Positions 1 through 10,083 of a stretch of 64,000 nucleotides of DNA are shown one piece after another. The notes beneath the pieces are model-generated. The model ran no database searches and was not told the origin of the DNA. It saw only the letters and a program-made list of their open reading frames with translations. Position 1 is the stretch's first letter. Each line of letters opens with the position of its first letter. The position numbers and the translations under genes are program-made. This stretch comes from a virus: the IMG/VR virus record IMGVR_UViG_3300021364_000001, positions 96,001-160,000 of that record. One strand, given 5' to 3'.

Positions 1-886
1 TGGCGATGACTTCCAGTGCCAAGAACGATCCTTGCTTCACTCTATTGTCGGCCAAGACTTTGAGGATCTTGAACTCAACAGTCTTCTTATAATCTTTAAC
101 CCACTTAGAGTTTTTCTTCTTGTCAAGCAGACTGATAATGTCTTGTGGTTTGACAACGTTAGTTGTCTTGCTGATCTTCTTCACTGAAAAAGGATACTCT
201 CTATCCTCATCGTCATAGATCATGAAGTCAATCAATGGTTCATTACCAGCACCAGGAAGAAAGACCTGTGCATTCTTCTTGGTTAGTTTTCCATACCCTA
301 GTTTGTCAAGTTCAGCAGCACCACGTTCTAGGACACACAGAGGTGCAGTGATCTCAGAGAAGTCTTTCTCAATGTTGTTCATAATATCAATGTACTCAGA
401 CGCTGCTAGGTCTGCATACGCTTTGACCAGTTCTTTCTTCTCAGTAGCACCATGATGCATACAGAACTCAGTCAGTTCTTTCAAGTATTCTTTGATGACC
501 AGTTGTAGATCATCACGCTTCTCAATAGCAGCAAGAACTTTCTTGTAGTAAGTTTCAAATGACATCTTAGTGTCCAAAGGGATGTCAAACTCCTGAGGTT
601 TCAACTCAGGCATCTTCTTCTTCCCTGTGGCAGACCTGGGTTTCCCCAGCATGGGGGTGGAGATCCACCCCGTCTTGTCATTGTCATAGATGACTTCTAT
701 TCTAGCCTGGTAACTGTTACCACTGATGGGTTTCACATGAACCCCACTTCCTTTGGCAACAGTCCCTACTTTTTTTGTACTCTTTGCACCGTCGTAGACT
801 GGGATATCCTTCTTGGCAAGAATCTCAAACCCTTTCATGTAGTGACGCTTGTAGTCGTCCCACGCTTCTTTGATTGTCCTTGCCAT
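1..886 (-). CDS. Partial CDS (runs off the left edge): putative PD-(D/E)XK-like nuclease with an N-terminal SH3-like segment
   Basis: Not in the ORF track. Translated by hand from ATG at 886: MARTIKEAWDDYKRHYMKGFEILAKK..., open to position 1. Contains FSEITAPL...PGAGNEPLIDFMIYDDEDREYPFSVKK. Confidence 0.6.
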   Translation of the reverse strand, partial: MARTIKEAWDDYKRHYMKGFEILAKKDIPVYDGAKSTKKVGTVAKGSGVHVKPISGNSYQARIEVIYDNDKTGWISTPMLGKPRSATGKKKMPELKPQEFDIPLDTKMSFETYYKKVLAAIEKRDDLQLVIKEYLKELTEFCMHHGATEKKELVKAYADLAASEYIDIMNNIEKDFSEITAPLCVLERGAAELDKLGYGKLTKKNAQVFLPGAGNEPLIDFMIYDDEDREYPFSVKKISKTTNVVKPQDIISLLDKKKNSKWVKDYKKTVEFKILKVLADNRVKQGSFLALEVIA

Positions 887-907
887 CGAAGAATTGATTC
901 GTCGAGA

Positions 908-1123
908 CTATTTAGTCTCTTCCTTGGGTTGCTTGTTGAAACCAAATGGACCCAACTTATCTTTGACTCGTTCCTTGATAACCTGTGCAGACAGTGCTTC
1001 CATAACTTTCAAAACGTCCTCTGCCTTAGCACCAAGTTGAAGACGTTCCTTCACGAAGTCATACTTCTGGAAGAACTCATCTGATACGTTCTTGTAATCA
1101 TCAACTGTAATTGGTTCTGTCAT
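908..1123 (-). CDS. Hypothetical protein (71 aa)
   Basis: ORF track; its start overlaps the stop of the upstream small ORF (ATGA). Confidence 0.75.
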   Translation of the reverse strand: MTEPITVDDYKNVSDEFFQKYDFVKERLQLGAKAEDVLKVMEALSAQVIKERVKDKLGPFGFNKQPKEETK

Positions 1124-1236
1124 CGTCCAAACCTCTTGTCCATTCTAAGTTTTACATAATACATTCCAATAACCCACAGGGAGAAGAGGAACCCCTCCCC
1201 GTAGTCCATAGAATTCCAAGCGTGTACAACGTCCAT
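1120..1236 (-). CDS. Small membrane protein (38 aa, MDVVHAWNSMDYGEGFLFSLWVIGMYYVKLRMDKRFGR)
   Basis: Hand-translated; fills the gap exactly, abutting the mazG stop and overlapping the next start; one hydrophobic segment. Confidence 0.7.
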   Translation of the reverse strand: MDVVHAWNSMDYGEGFLFSLWVIGMYYVKLRMDKRFGR

Positions 1237-1919
1237 CAGATGTCACCCTCAGCACGGTTCTCAGACTCTTCAATAGAGAAACTACCGTCAGCATAGCGAG
1301 CAGCAAGTTTCAGGGAGTTGATGTAGAGAACATGATCCAGGGTCACGTCCAGAGCAAGACATGCTTGGGCAGCATACCAGAGGATGTCACCGAGTTCCTT
1401 GACCAGGTGCTCCTTGTTAGCATCGTTCCAGGGTTTACCTTGGAACTTCAACTTCTTGACAATCTCCATGAACTCACCAGACTCAGCAGAGAGACCAGAG
1501 GCAGCAGTATCAAGACGTGCAATGTTTACACCATCATCATGCAGATTACGGAGACGCTCGATGTACTTTACCTGATCTTTGCTGGGTTCAGAGCAAGTGC
1601 CATCAGCAAATTTCAGATACTTGTCAAGATCAACACGGAAGCGTTCTTCCTTCTTGCCTGCCTTTGCTGCTTTCTCTGCTTCCTTTTCTTTGATCTTTTC
1701 GGCAGTCACCCAGGCATTGAAACCTTTCTTGTTGATGAATTCCTCAGGAGTCTTGGGAGTATCCTCCTGCATTTCATTCAACTTTTTGTTCATGTCCTCT
1801 TTGAGGTCCTCTGCTTTGTTGTTGAGTTCCTCTGCTGCCTTTGCTTGGCGATCGGTCTCGTTGAAGTTTACGTTAGTGCCGCCAGCGGGGAAGGTGCGCT
1901 TGTTCTTTTCAGTAGTCAT
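1236..1919 (-). CDS. mazG: MazG-family nucleotide pyrophosphohydrolase with a long N-terminal extension
   Basis: GLSAESGEFMEIVKKLKFQGKPW...KELGDILWY and KLAARY motifs. Confidence 0.92.
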   Translation of the reverse strand: MTTEKNKRTFPAGGTNVNFNETDRQAKAAEELNNKAEDLKEDMNKKLNEMQEDTPKTPEEFINKKGFNAWVTAEKIKEKEAEKAAKAGKKEERFRVDLDKYLKFADGTCSEPSKDQVKYIERLRNLHDDGVNIARLDTAASGLSAESGEFMEIVKKLKFQGKPWNDANKEHLVKELGDILWYAAQACLALDVTLDHVLYINSLKLAARYADGSFSIEESENRAEGDI

Positions 1920-3298
1920 ACTTGCCAGGAGTCAAATTTACTAGTGGATTTAGTCTCAATGATATTATCATCGATGTCTTGACCAGAGTCGATGATGTTG
2001 TCTTGGGCAGACTGATCACAATCATACAGTCTCATCTTCGCTCTGTCAATACCTATCACGAACCTCTTGTTCATGGTGGGGTCGTTGTATCTATTCTTCA
2101 ACTGCTTGACCATAATCTGACCTGCTGCTTCCATATCCTCAGTAGAGATCAGAGCAACCATGAGGTCAGCAGTAGCAGGCAGACCGAAGGACTCACTGGT
2201 GTCAGTAATCTCTACATCAGAGTTACCATAACCAGAGCGAGTGGTCTGGGTAGCAGATACGATAGGAACATTACATTCAACAGCAAGACCACGCAGTTCT
2301 TCTGCAATAGACTTGATGAATGTGTAAGAGTTGACCACAGCATTCTTGTATCGTGCAGATGCACAGATGTTCAGATAGTCAACGAAGATAATGTCAGGAG
2401 CGAACCCACGCTTCATGCTCAGTTCGTTCAACAGAGACTTGAAGTGGTTGACGTGAGCAGAAGCAGTAGGGTATTCCTTGATCACCAGACGACCTTTGGT
2501 CTTACTGTTGAGTTTATCTACCTTGTTCCTGAACTGCTGCTTCGTGAACATAGGATCGGAGAGTTGCTTGATTGGTACGTCGAGGAGGTTGCTGTCAATT
2601 CGCTCAGCAATTTTCTCCTCTGCCATTTCAAGTGTGATGTAGAGAACGTTCCTTCCCTGCATGAGACAGGCGCTAGCCATGTGGCACATGAATAGACTTT
2701 TCCCGACACCCGTACCAGCAAGAGCGATGTTGAGAGTCTTAGCAGGGAGACCACCTTTCGTAATCTTGTTGAAGTATTCAAGGTCGAACGGTATCTTATC
2801 TTCTTGTTTGTGGTAGAAGTCGTAGCGGTCATCTGCATCTAGTAAGTAATCGTGTCCAACAGTATCATCAAAGCATGTCCCCAGTGCCTCGCTCATGATA
2901 TGAGGGATAGCATCTTTGGAGCGAGTCTTGTCTTGCCCATCAGCAATCTTGATGGACTCCATCAAGGCAAGATAGATCGCACGTTCTTTACACCACTTCT
3001 CAGTGGTGTCCATCAACCACTCATCGTTATACTGAGTGTCATCAATCTTGTTATCAAGGAAGTCTTCGATCTCCTTGACAACTTCTGCACTCAGGTCTCT
3101 CCTCTTCTCGATCTCAATTTTGAGAGCGGTGGTTTCGGGAGCAGTATTGTACTCTGTTACATACTCATTGATCTCATTGAAGAGGATCTGATGAGGAACA
3201 GTATCGAAGTATTCATCTTTAAGGAAGGGCAGAACTGATCGGAGGTAGTTATCCTCGGTGATCAGTTTGCTCAAAGCAATTTCTTCGATCTTTTGCAT
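1916..3298 (-). CDS. gp41: T4 gp41-like replicative helicase
   Basis: Walker A AGTGVGKS, ITLEMAEEKIAERID, DIIFVDYLNI, SATQTTRSG, SESFGLPATAD. Confidence 0.97.
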   Translation of the reverse strand: MQKIEEIALSKLITEDNYLRSVLPFLKDEYFDTVPHQILFNEINEYVTEYNTAPETTALKIEIEKRRDLSAEVVKEIEDFLDNKIDDTQYNDEWLMDTTEKWCKERAIYLALMESIKIADGQDKTRSKDAIPHIMSEALGTCFDDTVGHDYLLDADDRYDFYHKQEDKIPFDLEYFNKITKGGLPAKTLNIALAGTGVGKSLFMCHMASACLMQGRNVLYITLEMAEEKIAERIDSNLLDVPIKQLSDPMFTKQQFRNKVDKLNSKTKGRLVIKEYPTASAHVNHFKSLLNELSMKRGFAPDIIFVDYLNICASARYKNAVVNSYTFIKSIAEELRGLAVECNVPIVSATQTTRSGYGNSDVEITDTSESFGLPATADLMVALISTEDMEAAGQIMVKQLKNRYNDPTMNKRFVIGIDRAKMRLYDCDQSAQDNIIDSGQDIDDNIIETKSTSKFDSWQV

Positions 3299-3861
3299 TA
3301 GAGATAATGTAGGTAAGTTCCAATGATATATTTGTTCTCAGACAGAGGTGGCAACCCTGCATGAGGGAAGGTCCAGGTCGGTGGGAACAGCAGACAGGTG
3401 CCTGCTTTGGGTTTGACCTTCATACCCAACTTAGTAAACCACGTCTCTCCCCCTTTGTCAACATCATTGAGATAGAAGAACAGTGCCAGGAAGCGACGGG
3501 CGCTGCTGTGGTCACCCACATCAACATGAGGATCAAAACGATCCTCATCAGCAGCAACATACTTCTTCAATCGAATCTGTTCCAAGGCATTTTCATGTGG
3601 CCAGTTCTCACTACACCCGACCTCTTCCATGTACCTGTTAGATACTTCCTTGATCGCTTCGATCAGTCGGTTGTGAACCTTGACCCACTTAGACTCGGTG
3701 TTCTTCTCAGCATACTCAGTCACGTTGAACTGATGGAACTGAGGACGACCCTGCCTGTCCCAGTATTCATAGTCGATATCACGCTGCATGTCCATGATGT
3801 TCTTGATAACATTTTCATCAAGAACGTTGTCATAAACTTTGATGTAGTCTTTAAGATCCAT
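3298..3861 (-). CDS. 2OG-Fe(II) oxygenase (prolyl-4-hydroxylase-like)
   Basis: HVD...[14 protein letters not shown]...[11 protein letters not shown]...KY (HxD...H). Start placed at MDLKDYIK (3861). Confidence 0.88.
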   Translation of the reverse strand: MDLKDYIKVYDNVLDENVIKNIMDMQRDIDYEYWDRQGRPQFHQFNVTEYAEKNTESKWVKVHNRLIEAIKEVSNRYMEEVGCSENWPHENALEQIRLKKYVAADEDRFDPHVDVGDHSSARRFLALFFYLNDVDKGGETWFTKLGMKVKPKAGTCLLFPPTWTFPHAGLPPLSENKYIIGTYLHYL

Positions 3862-4864
3862 AAGTGAACTCCTTCTCTGCTGCCTTATCAAGTTGATTCA
3901 TGATTTCGGGGGTGAAGTATTTCTCGGGATCAGCGAGAATAGACTTAGGAAAAAGATTAGATTCACCAATCTTGTAGCGATTCCCGATCCTCTCGAAGAC
4001 TCCGTGCTTCTCACCCAGTTCCAGTAGTCCGTAATACTTGTCCAGTCCACGCTCGTCATAGAACAACCTCGTTTCTACCTTGACATTTTCCTTGGTAAAT
4101 CGAGACTTCTTGGTCTCGCACTTGATGATGTTACCCACCACCTGTGTGCCATCCTTCTCCTTTGACTTGCTCAGATAGATAATAGTCGATGCAGCGTATT
4201 TGAGTCCACTACCACCGCCCATTTCTTTCATTGGCACATAGGCACCCACCACGTCATAGGTGTGGTTGGTCACGATCATGGGGATGTTTGCCTTACCCAG
4301 TTTCAGGGTCAGCACACGGAAGATAGACTTGACCACCTGAGCACGGGTCATGTCACGAGTATCCTTACCTGCCTCAGTGTCTTCCACTTCCTTAGACGTG
4401 GACAGCATACCCAGAGAGTCCAGGCAGAACATCAGAGGTTTACGTTCTGATTCTTTCTGTGCCAGATACTTGTCAACAATCTTGATTGCTTGCTGACGGA
4501 ACTCCTGCACAGTAACAACAGGAACGATGATCATACGAGATGAATCGATACCACGACTCTCGATCATGTCCTTACTAATGGCAGACTCGCTCTCAAAATA
4601 AATGCATCCAGCGTCAGGATCAGAATCAAGGAAATGACGAACGATGCTGAGAGTATAATAAGTCTTACCAGTGCTGCTTTCTCCTGCGATAGCAGTAACC
4701 TTGTTGGAAGGAATACCTCCATAGATCGAACCACTAACAACGGCATTAAAGAGATAGCAGCCAGTATCAATGAAAGATGCAACGTCGCCAGCAGCAACCC
4801 CCTCACTAACGACACCAGCATACTCATTGCCGATCTCCTTTACTACATCATTTAGGAAACTCAT
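3851..4864 (-). CDS. uvsX: UvsX RecA-like recombinase
   Basis: [33 protein letters not shown]. Start at MSFLNDVV (4864) overlaps the polymerase stop. Confidence 0.96.
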   Translation of the reverse strand: MSFLNDVVKEIGNEYAGVVSEGVAAGDVASFIDTGCYLFNAVVSGSIYGGIPSNKVTAIAGESSTGKTYYTLSIVRHFLDSDPDAGCIYFESESAISKDMIESRGIDSSRMIIVPVVTVQEFRQQAIKIVDKYLAQKESERKPLMFCLDSLGMLSTSKEVEDTEAGKDTRDMTRAQVVKSIFRVLTLKLGKANIPMIVTNHTYDVVGAYVPMKEMGGGSGLKYAASTIIYLSKSKEKDGTQVVGNIIKCETKKSRFTKENVKVETRLFYDERGLDKYYGLLELGEKHGVFERIGNRYKIGESNLFPKSILADPEKYFTPEIMNQLDKAAEKEFTYGS

Positions 4865-7365
4865 CCGAATAGAAACTCCAACGTGTGTACTTTTTCTGGT
4901 GTCCAACCAATGGCGTCAAGGACAACCCTGACGGGACTGAGGAAACTCTTCTCGAACTGTTGTTCATAGTCAACAGAACCATGGACGCCAAACTCTTTGG
5001 GTAGAGTCTGGAAGAACGAGACTACGTTCTCACCGATCCTGTTTGGTTTCCTGAGGTAGAGGAACTTGATCTTCTCTCCCTCTTGGATGAGGGGATACTT
5101 GTGAGCAAGTTTCAACTTCTTGACGTAGTAATTATACAGCAAACTACCACGTACGTGCATGGGACATCCCTTACCATAGATGTGACTAGGTGACGAGAAC
5201 TTACCGAGGTTGTTGCAACTGCGTGGGAAAGCAATGTCTTCCAGGGGGAGACTCTCGAACTCTCTACGGAACTTGGCAATGTATTTCTGCACCTCATCTT
5301 CCGTACCGTTCATGACCACTTTCAATGCTTCTTTAATAGCACCACGACAGGGAGCAGGAGTCGAAGACTTCACTGCTTCAATACCCATGATCTTCAACTT
5401 AGGTTTCTCATAACGCACACCCTCACTGTCCCAAACGTTGAGGATGTATCTCTTCTTAGCAGTCCAAACACCACGATCAGCGATGTTCTCCCGCTTCATT
5501 TGCATCTTCTGATCGTATGCCGAAACGTACGTTGCCAACTCTTGATATGAACGTTCAATAAAAGGTTCCAGTTTCTCGTGGCAGATCTTATCAAGTAGAG
5601 TGACAACCGCTGCTTTATCGCCAGACTTATCACTAAGAAATTTAGTAACAAGAGGTCCAAGATTAAGATAGATCGAATCAGTGTCAGATGCGATGACATA
5701 ATCCTCCCCCTCTGTTTGCAAAATCTTATTTAGGTAATCGTTTACCTTGTTCTCGATCCAACGAATCGAGACTTGACCCGAGAGAGTGATCGCCTCAGCA
5801 TTTGCCAGATTGTAGTAGCGGAAGTATTGGTTTCCGATGGCACCATAGGCAGAGTTGAGTTGGATCTTTCTTGCCATCTGGATGTTGTTGAATCTTGCAA
5901 CATCTTTTTGAAGTGCCACGGTCTCTGATGCTGACTTGGAATGTTCCAAGGACTGTTTGGCAGCAAGCATCTTCTTCTTGTATATCTTTCGGTCATCGTA
6001 GATACGTTGCATCATTTCAGGTAGAAACCCGTGGATGTCCTTACGATACTGAGCACCGTTAGCACACACGGCAAACTCCCCGTCAATCTCCACCTCTTTG
6101 TTAAGCAGTTTGTCAACAGTCACCGTGGGATGACGCCTCTCCACCAGGGTCTCTGGGGAGATGTTGTACTGCATGATCAGGTGGGGATACAGGGAGTTAA
6201 GGTCAAAAGATACCACCCAGTCATATCCTCCTGGGACAGGTTCCTTGACATATGCACCAGCATACTGATCGTTCTTACTGCTGCTGATCTTCGGGGGCAC
6301 AACAATGTTGCGCTGCTTCAAGTCATTGTAGATGAGGGTGTCCCACATCCTGACCTGAGAATACACATCAGTAAGGTTGACCTTAGCGTCATAGGCAAGC
6401 GTGAGTGCCAACTCAATTAGTTTCATCTTGTCTTCCAGACGGTCAACAAGTTCCACGTCAACGATGTTGTACTCAACAAACTTTTGCCAGTCCTTAGTAT
6501 AGAACTCTTTGAAGTTCTCATACTCACTGTGGTCGATCTTCGCCTGACCCAGTTCTACATTTGCAATGTGATCCAGACGATAAGATTCCTGAGCAGAGTA
6601 TGTGAACTTCTTGTAGAGATCGAGGTAGTCGAGGATAGCAACACCACTAATCTCGTAAGAAATGTGCTTACGATTGTGGATCTCGATCTCTCTTTCAAGC
6701 ACACGGTTCCAAGGGGAGAGGGACTTCTTCCACTTCTCCCCAAGCACCCTTTCAAGGCGACGGCAGATATAAGGAATATCATACAGGTTGCAGTTCCAAC
6801 CAGTAATGATGTCAGGCGTATGGTTGATCCACCAGGAGTGAAAGTCTTCCAGCATCTCCTGCTCCTTCCAGAAGACACGATACTCCGTGCCTGCTGGTTC
6901 AAATTCCCTAGTCCCCCAAGTTATCACCTCCTTGGTGGCGAGATTCTTAACGGTGATGCAAAGCATCTCTTCCTGGCAAGCCTCTACTGAGGGGAAACCG
7001 TTGTCACAACCCACTTCGATGTCGATCGTATAGATCTTCATCTGGGACATATCAAACCGAATCTCATCGGGGAATTTGTCTGCGATGAACTGATAGATGA
7101 ACCTATCATACCCATGCACTTCCATACCATCGACCGCCTCGTACTGTTCAATGAACTTACGGGCATCGCGTGCTCCATCGAACCGCTTCGCATGAGCATA
7201 GCGACCGTCCAGAGTCCTGAACTTGGACTCCTTGCTTTGATTCTGTGGCACAAAGTACAGAGTAGGACGAATCTTCTCCCTGTATTGAACAGGTTCTCCA
7301 TGTTCGTAACCCCGATAGAGGATGTCGTCACCGAGAAGAAGTACGTCCGTGTAAAATTTCATCAA
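4861..7365 (-). CDS. gp43: Family B DNA polymerase, T4 gp43-like
   Basis: Exonuclease DIEVG; [36 protein letters not shown]. Uninterrupted. Confidence 0.98.
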   Translation of the reverse strand: MMKFYTDVLLLGDDILYRGYEHGEPVQYREKIRPTLYFVPQNQSKESKFRTLDGRYAHAKRFDGARDARKFIEQYEAVDGMEVHGYDRFIYQFIADKFPDEIRFDMSQMKIYTIDIEVGCDNGFPSVEACQEEMLCITVKNLATKEVITWGTREFEPAGTEYRVFWKEQEMLEDFHSWWINHTPDIITGWNCNLYDIPYICRRLERVLGEKWKKSLSPWNRVLEREIEIHNRKHISYEISGVAILDYLDLYKKFTYSAQESYRLDHIANVELGQAKIDHSEYENFKEFYTKDWQKFVEYNIVDVELVDRLEDKMKLIELALTLAYDAKVNLTDVYSQVRMWDTLIYNDLKQRNIVVPPKISSSKNDQYAGAYVKEPVPGGYDWVVSFDLNSLYPHLIMQYNISPETLVERRHPTVTVDKLLNKEVEIDGEFAVCANGAQYRKDIHGFLPEMMQRIYDDRKIYKKKMLAAKQSLEHSKSASETVALQKDVARFNNIQMARKIQLNSAYGAIGNQYFRYYNLANAEAITLSGQVSIRWIENKVNDYLNKILQTEGEDYVIASDTDSIYLNLGPLVTKFLSDKSGDKAAVVTLLDKICHEKLEPFIERSYQELATYVSAYDQKMQMKRENIADRGVWTAKKRYILNVWDSEGVRYEKPKLKIMGIEAVKSSTPAPCRGAIKEALKVVMNGTEDEVQKYIAKFRREFESLPLEDIAFPRSCNNLGKFSSPSHIYGKGCPMHVRGSLLYNYYVKKLKLAHKYPLIQEGEKIKFLYLRKPNRIGENVVSFFQTLPKEFGVHGSVDYEQQFEKSFLSPVRVVLDAIGWTPEKVHTLEFLFG

Positions 7366-7601
7366 GTCATCGCCTTGTAACTGTCTGCCAAGTCAGCAGA
7401 CGGATCAAGTATAGTAAAGATGAGGTCGGAAGTCAAGAAGAGATCACGTTGGTCTGTGTGTAGAGGGAACTTGGTCAGACTACCGTCTTCATGCACACGC
7501 ATACAATTCTCAATCAGAATCGACGGTTCCTCGTCCAGTTCCGTCATCGTCCCCAGCAGGTACAGACTCGGATCGTTCTTCAACAACATCAATTTCAGCA
7601 T
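7362..7601 (-). CDS. Hypothetical protein (79 aa)
   Basis: ORF track; its stop overlaps the gp43 start. Confidence 0.7.
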   Translation of the reverse strand: MLKLMLLKNDPSLYLLGTMTELDEEPSILIENCMRVHEDGSLTKFPLHTDQRDLFLTSDLIFTILDPSADLADSYKAMT

Positions 7602-7926
7602 TTTTCGCAGTAAGTTCTTGGTACTTGGACACTACATTCTCCAAAGGAGTGTAGATAAATGACACTGAGGGCAGCGGCACATAGATGTAAGGAGAAGCAG
7701 AGAATGGCACGAATGCTTGGAACTCTACGTCAACGTTATCGAGAGTAGTAGGTTCTTCATCGTAACTAGGTTCTTCAAATAGGTTCTGTGCAGGTGCCTG
7801 AATCACCATGGTGTAAGGCATCTCCAACTTATATGCGAGAGGTGGTTGATCTTCACCTTGACGCATCTCGAATACATTAGCGATTACGTCCTCGCCGTTT
7901 TGCATTCTTACGATTCTTACGGTCAT
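7510..7926 (-). CDS. Hypothetical protein (Sm-like T4-type small protein)
   Basis: N-terminal VRIVRMQNGEDVIA pattern; acidic tail overlaps the next gene. Confidence 0.7.
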   Translation of the reverse strand: MTVRIVRMQNGEDVIANVFEMRQGEDQPPLAYKLEMPYTMVIQAPAQNLFEEPSYDEEPTTLDNVDVEFQAFVPFSASPYIYVPLPSVSFIYTPLENVVSKYQELTAKNAEIDVVEERSESVPAGDDDGTGRGTVDSD

Positions 7927-8119
7927 AGTCTTTTTGCATCAGGTTTTCATAAGTGTACTTTACCATGTCGGTGAAAGCACGTCGAGCAGAAACATTCTTT
8001 TCTTCTGCCAGGATGTGAACATACTGCATAAACATATCCATCTCCTCAGGTGGAATGTCTAGGGTCAGTGTTTCACTCTTTTCTGTGTACGCAGGACACA
8101 GATTAACATACATGTTCAT
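7877..8119 (-). CDS. Hypothetical protein
   Basis: GGAGG Shine-Dalgarno 5 nt before the ATG at 8119 (MNMYVNLCP). Confidence 0.75.
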   Translation of the reverse strand: MNMYVNLCPAYTEKSETLTLDIPPEEMDMFMQYVHILAEEKNVSARRAFTDMVKYTYENLMQKDYDRKNRKNAKRRGRNR

Positions 8120-8132
8120 GGATACCTCCAAA

Positions 8133-8159
8133 CAAAAAGAGGACCCTGGGGTCCTCTTT
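8133..8159 (-). terminator. Rho-independent terminator after pstS
   Basis: AAAGAGGACC-loop-GGTCCTCTTT inverted repeat with a T-run on the minus strand. Confidence 0.8.
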
Positions 8160-8182
8160 GGTTGTATTAGTATGTATACAAC

Positions 8183-9166
8183 TTATTTGAGGGTGTCAAC
8201 AGCAGCGAGTGCTTTCTGACGAAGACTCTCGGGGAGAGGAACATAACCAAGGGAGTCTGCCTTCTGTTGCTGAGTAGGTGTCAGCATCCAGCGAAGCATA
8301 TCCTTCACATCATCATTCTTTTCATACTCAGGGTATGCCAGGATCCAAGTCAAGGAGACGATAGGATAAGCATTGGCACCAGCAGGGTTAGCATCAGCAC
8401 CACGGAGTTGATCGTCAAGAACGATCTCACCAAGACCAGCAGAAGCAGTCTCAGCAGATGCCTTCACGAAGTTACCAGCACGGTTCTGAATAGCAACCTG
8501 TTGCAGGTCACCCTTCACATAACCATAGTTGACATAACCGATGCTACCAGGGGTGTTGGTGATAGCAGCAGCAACGCCACTGTTACCTTTACCACCGATA
8601 CCAACAGGCCACTTTACAGACTTACCTGTGCCGACTGTTTTCTTCCACTCAGGAGAGAATGCGGACAGGGAGTTGGTGAAACCTTTGGTAGTGCCAGAAC
8701 CATCAGAACGATGGACAGTAGCAATACGCTGATCAGCACAACCGAAGGCAGACCAGTTAGTAATCTTACCCAGGAAGACATCAGCAAGTTGAGTCTGAGT
8801 CATCTTGACTTCACAACCAGGGTTGTTGTAAGTCGGGACAATGGCACCACCAGTGATGGGGATGTGGACCATAGGCAGTTTCTGCTTAGCATCACTTACA
8901 GCACCATCAGAGGCACCGAAGTCAACGGTCTTAGCAGTGAACTGACGGACACCAGCACCACTACCAACTGCTTGGTAGTTGACTTGGTTGCCAGTAGACT
9001 TAGCAAGGTCCTGCAACATGTTGTTATACAACATAGCAGGGAAAGAAGCACCAGCGCCATTCAATTTGTATGGCTCTTTTTGACTGACTTCTGTGTTCTC
9101 GGTGGAAGCGCAAGCTACCATCAGGGGCGCTGCCAAGGCGGCAGCTGCGATTGCTTTGAGTTTCAT
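8183..9166 (-). CDS. pstS: Phosphate ABC transporter substrate-binding protein
   Basis: Lipobox LMVAC, GAGASFP, GSGAG, DFGASD, RSDGSGTT, YPIVSLTW. Confidence 0.97.
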   Translation of the reverse strand: MKLKAIAAAALAAPLMVACASTENTEVSQKEPYKLNGAGASFPAMLYNNMLQDLAKSTGNQVNYQAVGSGAGVRQFTAKTVDFGASDGAVSDAKQKLPMVHIPITGGAIVPTYNNPGCEVKMTQTQLADVFLGKITNWSAFGCADQRIATVHRSDGSGTTKGFTNSLSAFSPEWKKTVGTGKSVKWPVGIGGKGNSGVAAAITNTPGSIGYVNYGYVKGDLQQVAIQNRAGNFVKASAETASAGLGEIVLDDQLRGADANPAGANAYPIVSLTWILAYPEYEKNDDVKDMLRWMLTPTQQQKADSLGYVPLPESLRQKALAAVDTLK

Positions 9167-9177
9167 CAGTCAGTACC

Positions 9178-9537
9178 TCAGAACTTGTACTTGGTGCCGA
9201 CTTCTACTTTCCAGTCACGAGTATCATCATCTTGGAAGAGGTTCTCAAACTTACCATAAGCAGAGAAGGAATCAGTGATCTTGACTTTGCTGCCAACTTC
9301 CAGAGCAGTGAAGCTGGTGCTGTCAGCACCGTCAGGAACGCTCACACCCAGACCACCTTCGATGTAGGGGGAGAAGCGACCAGTTTTCCATTCATATCCG
9401 ATACGTCCTTGGTGAACTGCCTTGGAATAATCCTCGTCAGTACCTTTGAATTCGTGTTTGGACTCGACATAGGGTCCTGCAAGGGCAGGTGCTGCGATCA
9501 TAGGCAGTGCCAGAGCAGCAAGAGCGATTGCTTTCAT
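9178..9537 (-). CDS. Small secreted beta-strand (outer-membrane-like) protein immediately upstream of pstS
   Basis: Signal peptide MKAIALAALALPMIAAPALA; alternating amphipathic strands; C-terminal ...GTKYKF. Confidence 0.8.
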   Translation of the reverse strand: MKAIALAALALPMIAAPALAGPYVESKHEFKGTDEDYSKAVHQGRIGYEWKTGRFSPYIEGGLGVSVPDGADSTSFTALEVGSKVKITDSFSAYGKFENLFQDDDTRDWKVEVGTKYKF

Positions 9538-9607
9538 TTTAGTTACTTGTAGTGTGTACACATCTCAATAAGAGACCTCTGTATTGTACCAGAGGTCCGC
9601 TTATTTA

Positions 9608-9626
9608 GATTTAAGGGTAGGTTAAT
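9608..9626 (-). promoter_or_regulatory. Putative Pho box
   Basis: Minus strand ATTAACCT-acc-CTTAAATC: two TTAA half-sites at 11-nt period, upstream of TG-n-TACAAT (9583-9591) and the pstS operon. Confidence 0.6.
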
Positions 9627-10083
9627 CCTGATTTCCTGACCCAATCTCGTAGAGTTTGAGTTTCTGGTGGTCGGGAATAATCTTCCGTAAGTTTACCACA
9701 AGCATTCCGTTCTTGAAATCAACTGATGCGACTTCCACATCGTCGGCTAGATTGAATCCTCTGGCGAAGGTTCGGGTGGCAACCCCGCGATGCATATACT
9801 CCTCCTCACCCTTGTTCTTCGCCGCCTTAGACCTGACCAGGAGGACGTTACTCTCAGTAGAGACTTCAATTTCGTCCTTGTCCCAACCAGCAAGTGCCAT
9901 TTCGATCCTCCACTTAACCTCAGATTCTTTCACGAGGTTGTAAGGGGGATACGCTTCGTTGACTGATCCCATTCCATAGGAATGCAGTCGGTAAAAAATG
10001 TCATCCAGTCCGACGCTGTATCTTTCAGCAGCATCCACCACGGCATTAAGATCTTTCGTGGTGAGTTTCCTCAGTCCAGTCAT
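9622..10083 (-). CDS. hsp20: Small heat shock protein (IbpA/B-like)
   Basis: YPPYNLVK, IEMALAG, YMHRGVATRTFARGFNL, GMLVVNL. Confidence 0.96.
   Translation of the reverse strand: MTGLRKLTTKDLNAVVDAAERYSVGLDDIFYRLHSYGMGSVNEAYPPYNLVKESEVKWRIEMALAGWDKDEIEVSTESNVLLVRSKAAKNKGEEEYMHRGVATRTFARGFNLADDVEVASVDFKNGMLVVNLRKIIPDHQKLKLYEIGSGNQD

Noticed and set aside
1916-7365. Inteins or group I introns in gp41, uvsX and gp43 (also checked gp17, gp20, gp23)
   Set aside because: All are uninterrupted and of ordinary length, with contiguous motifs.
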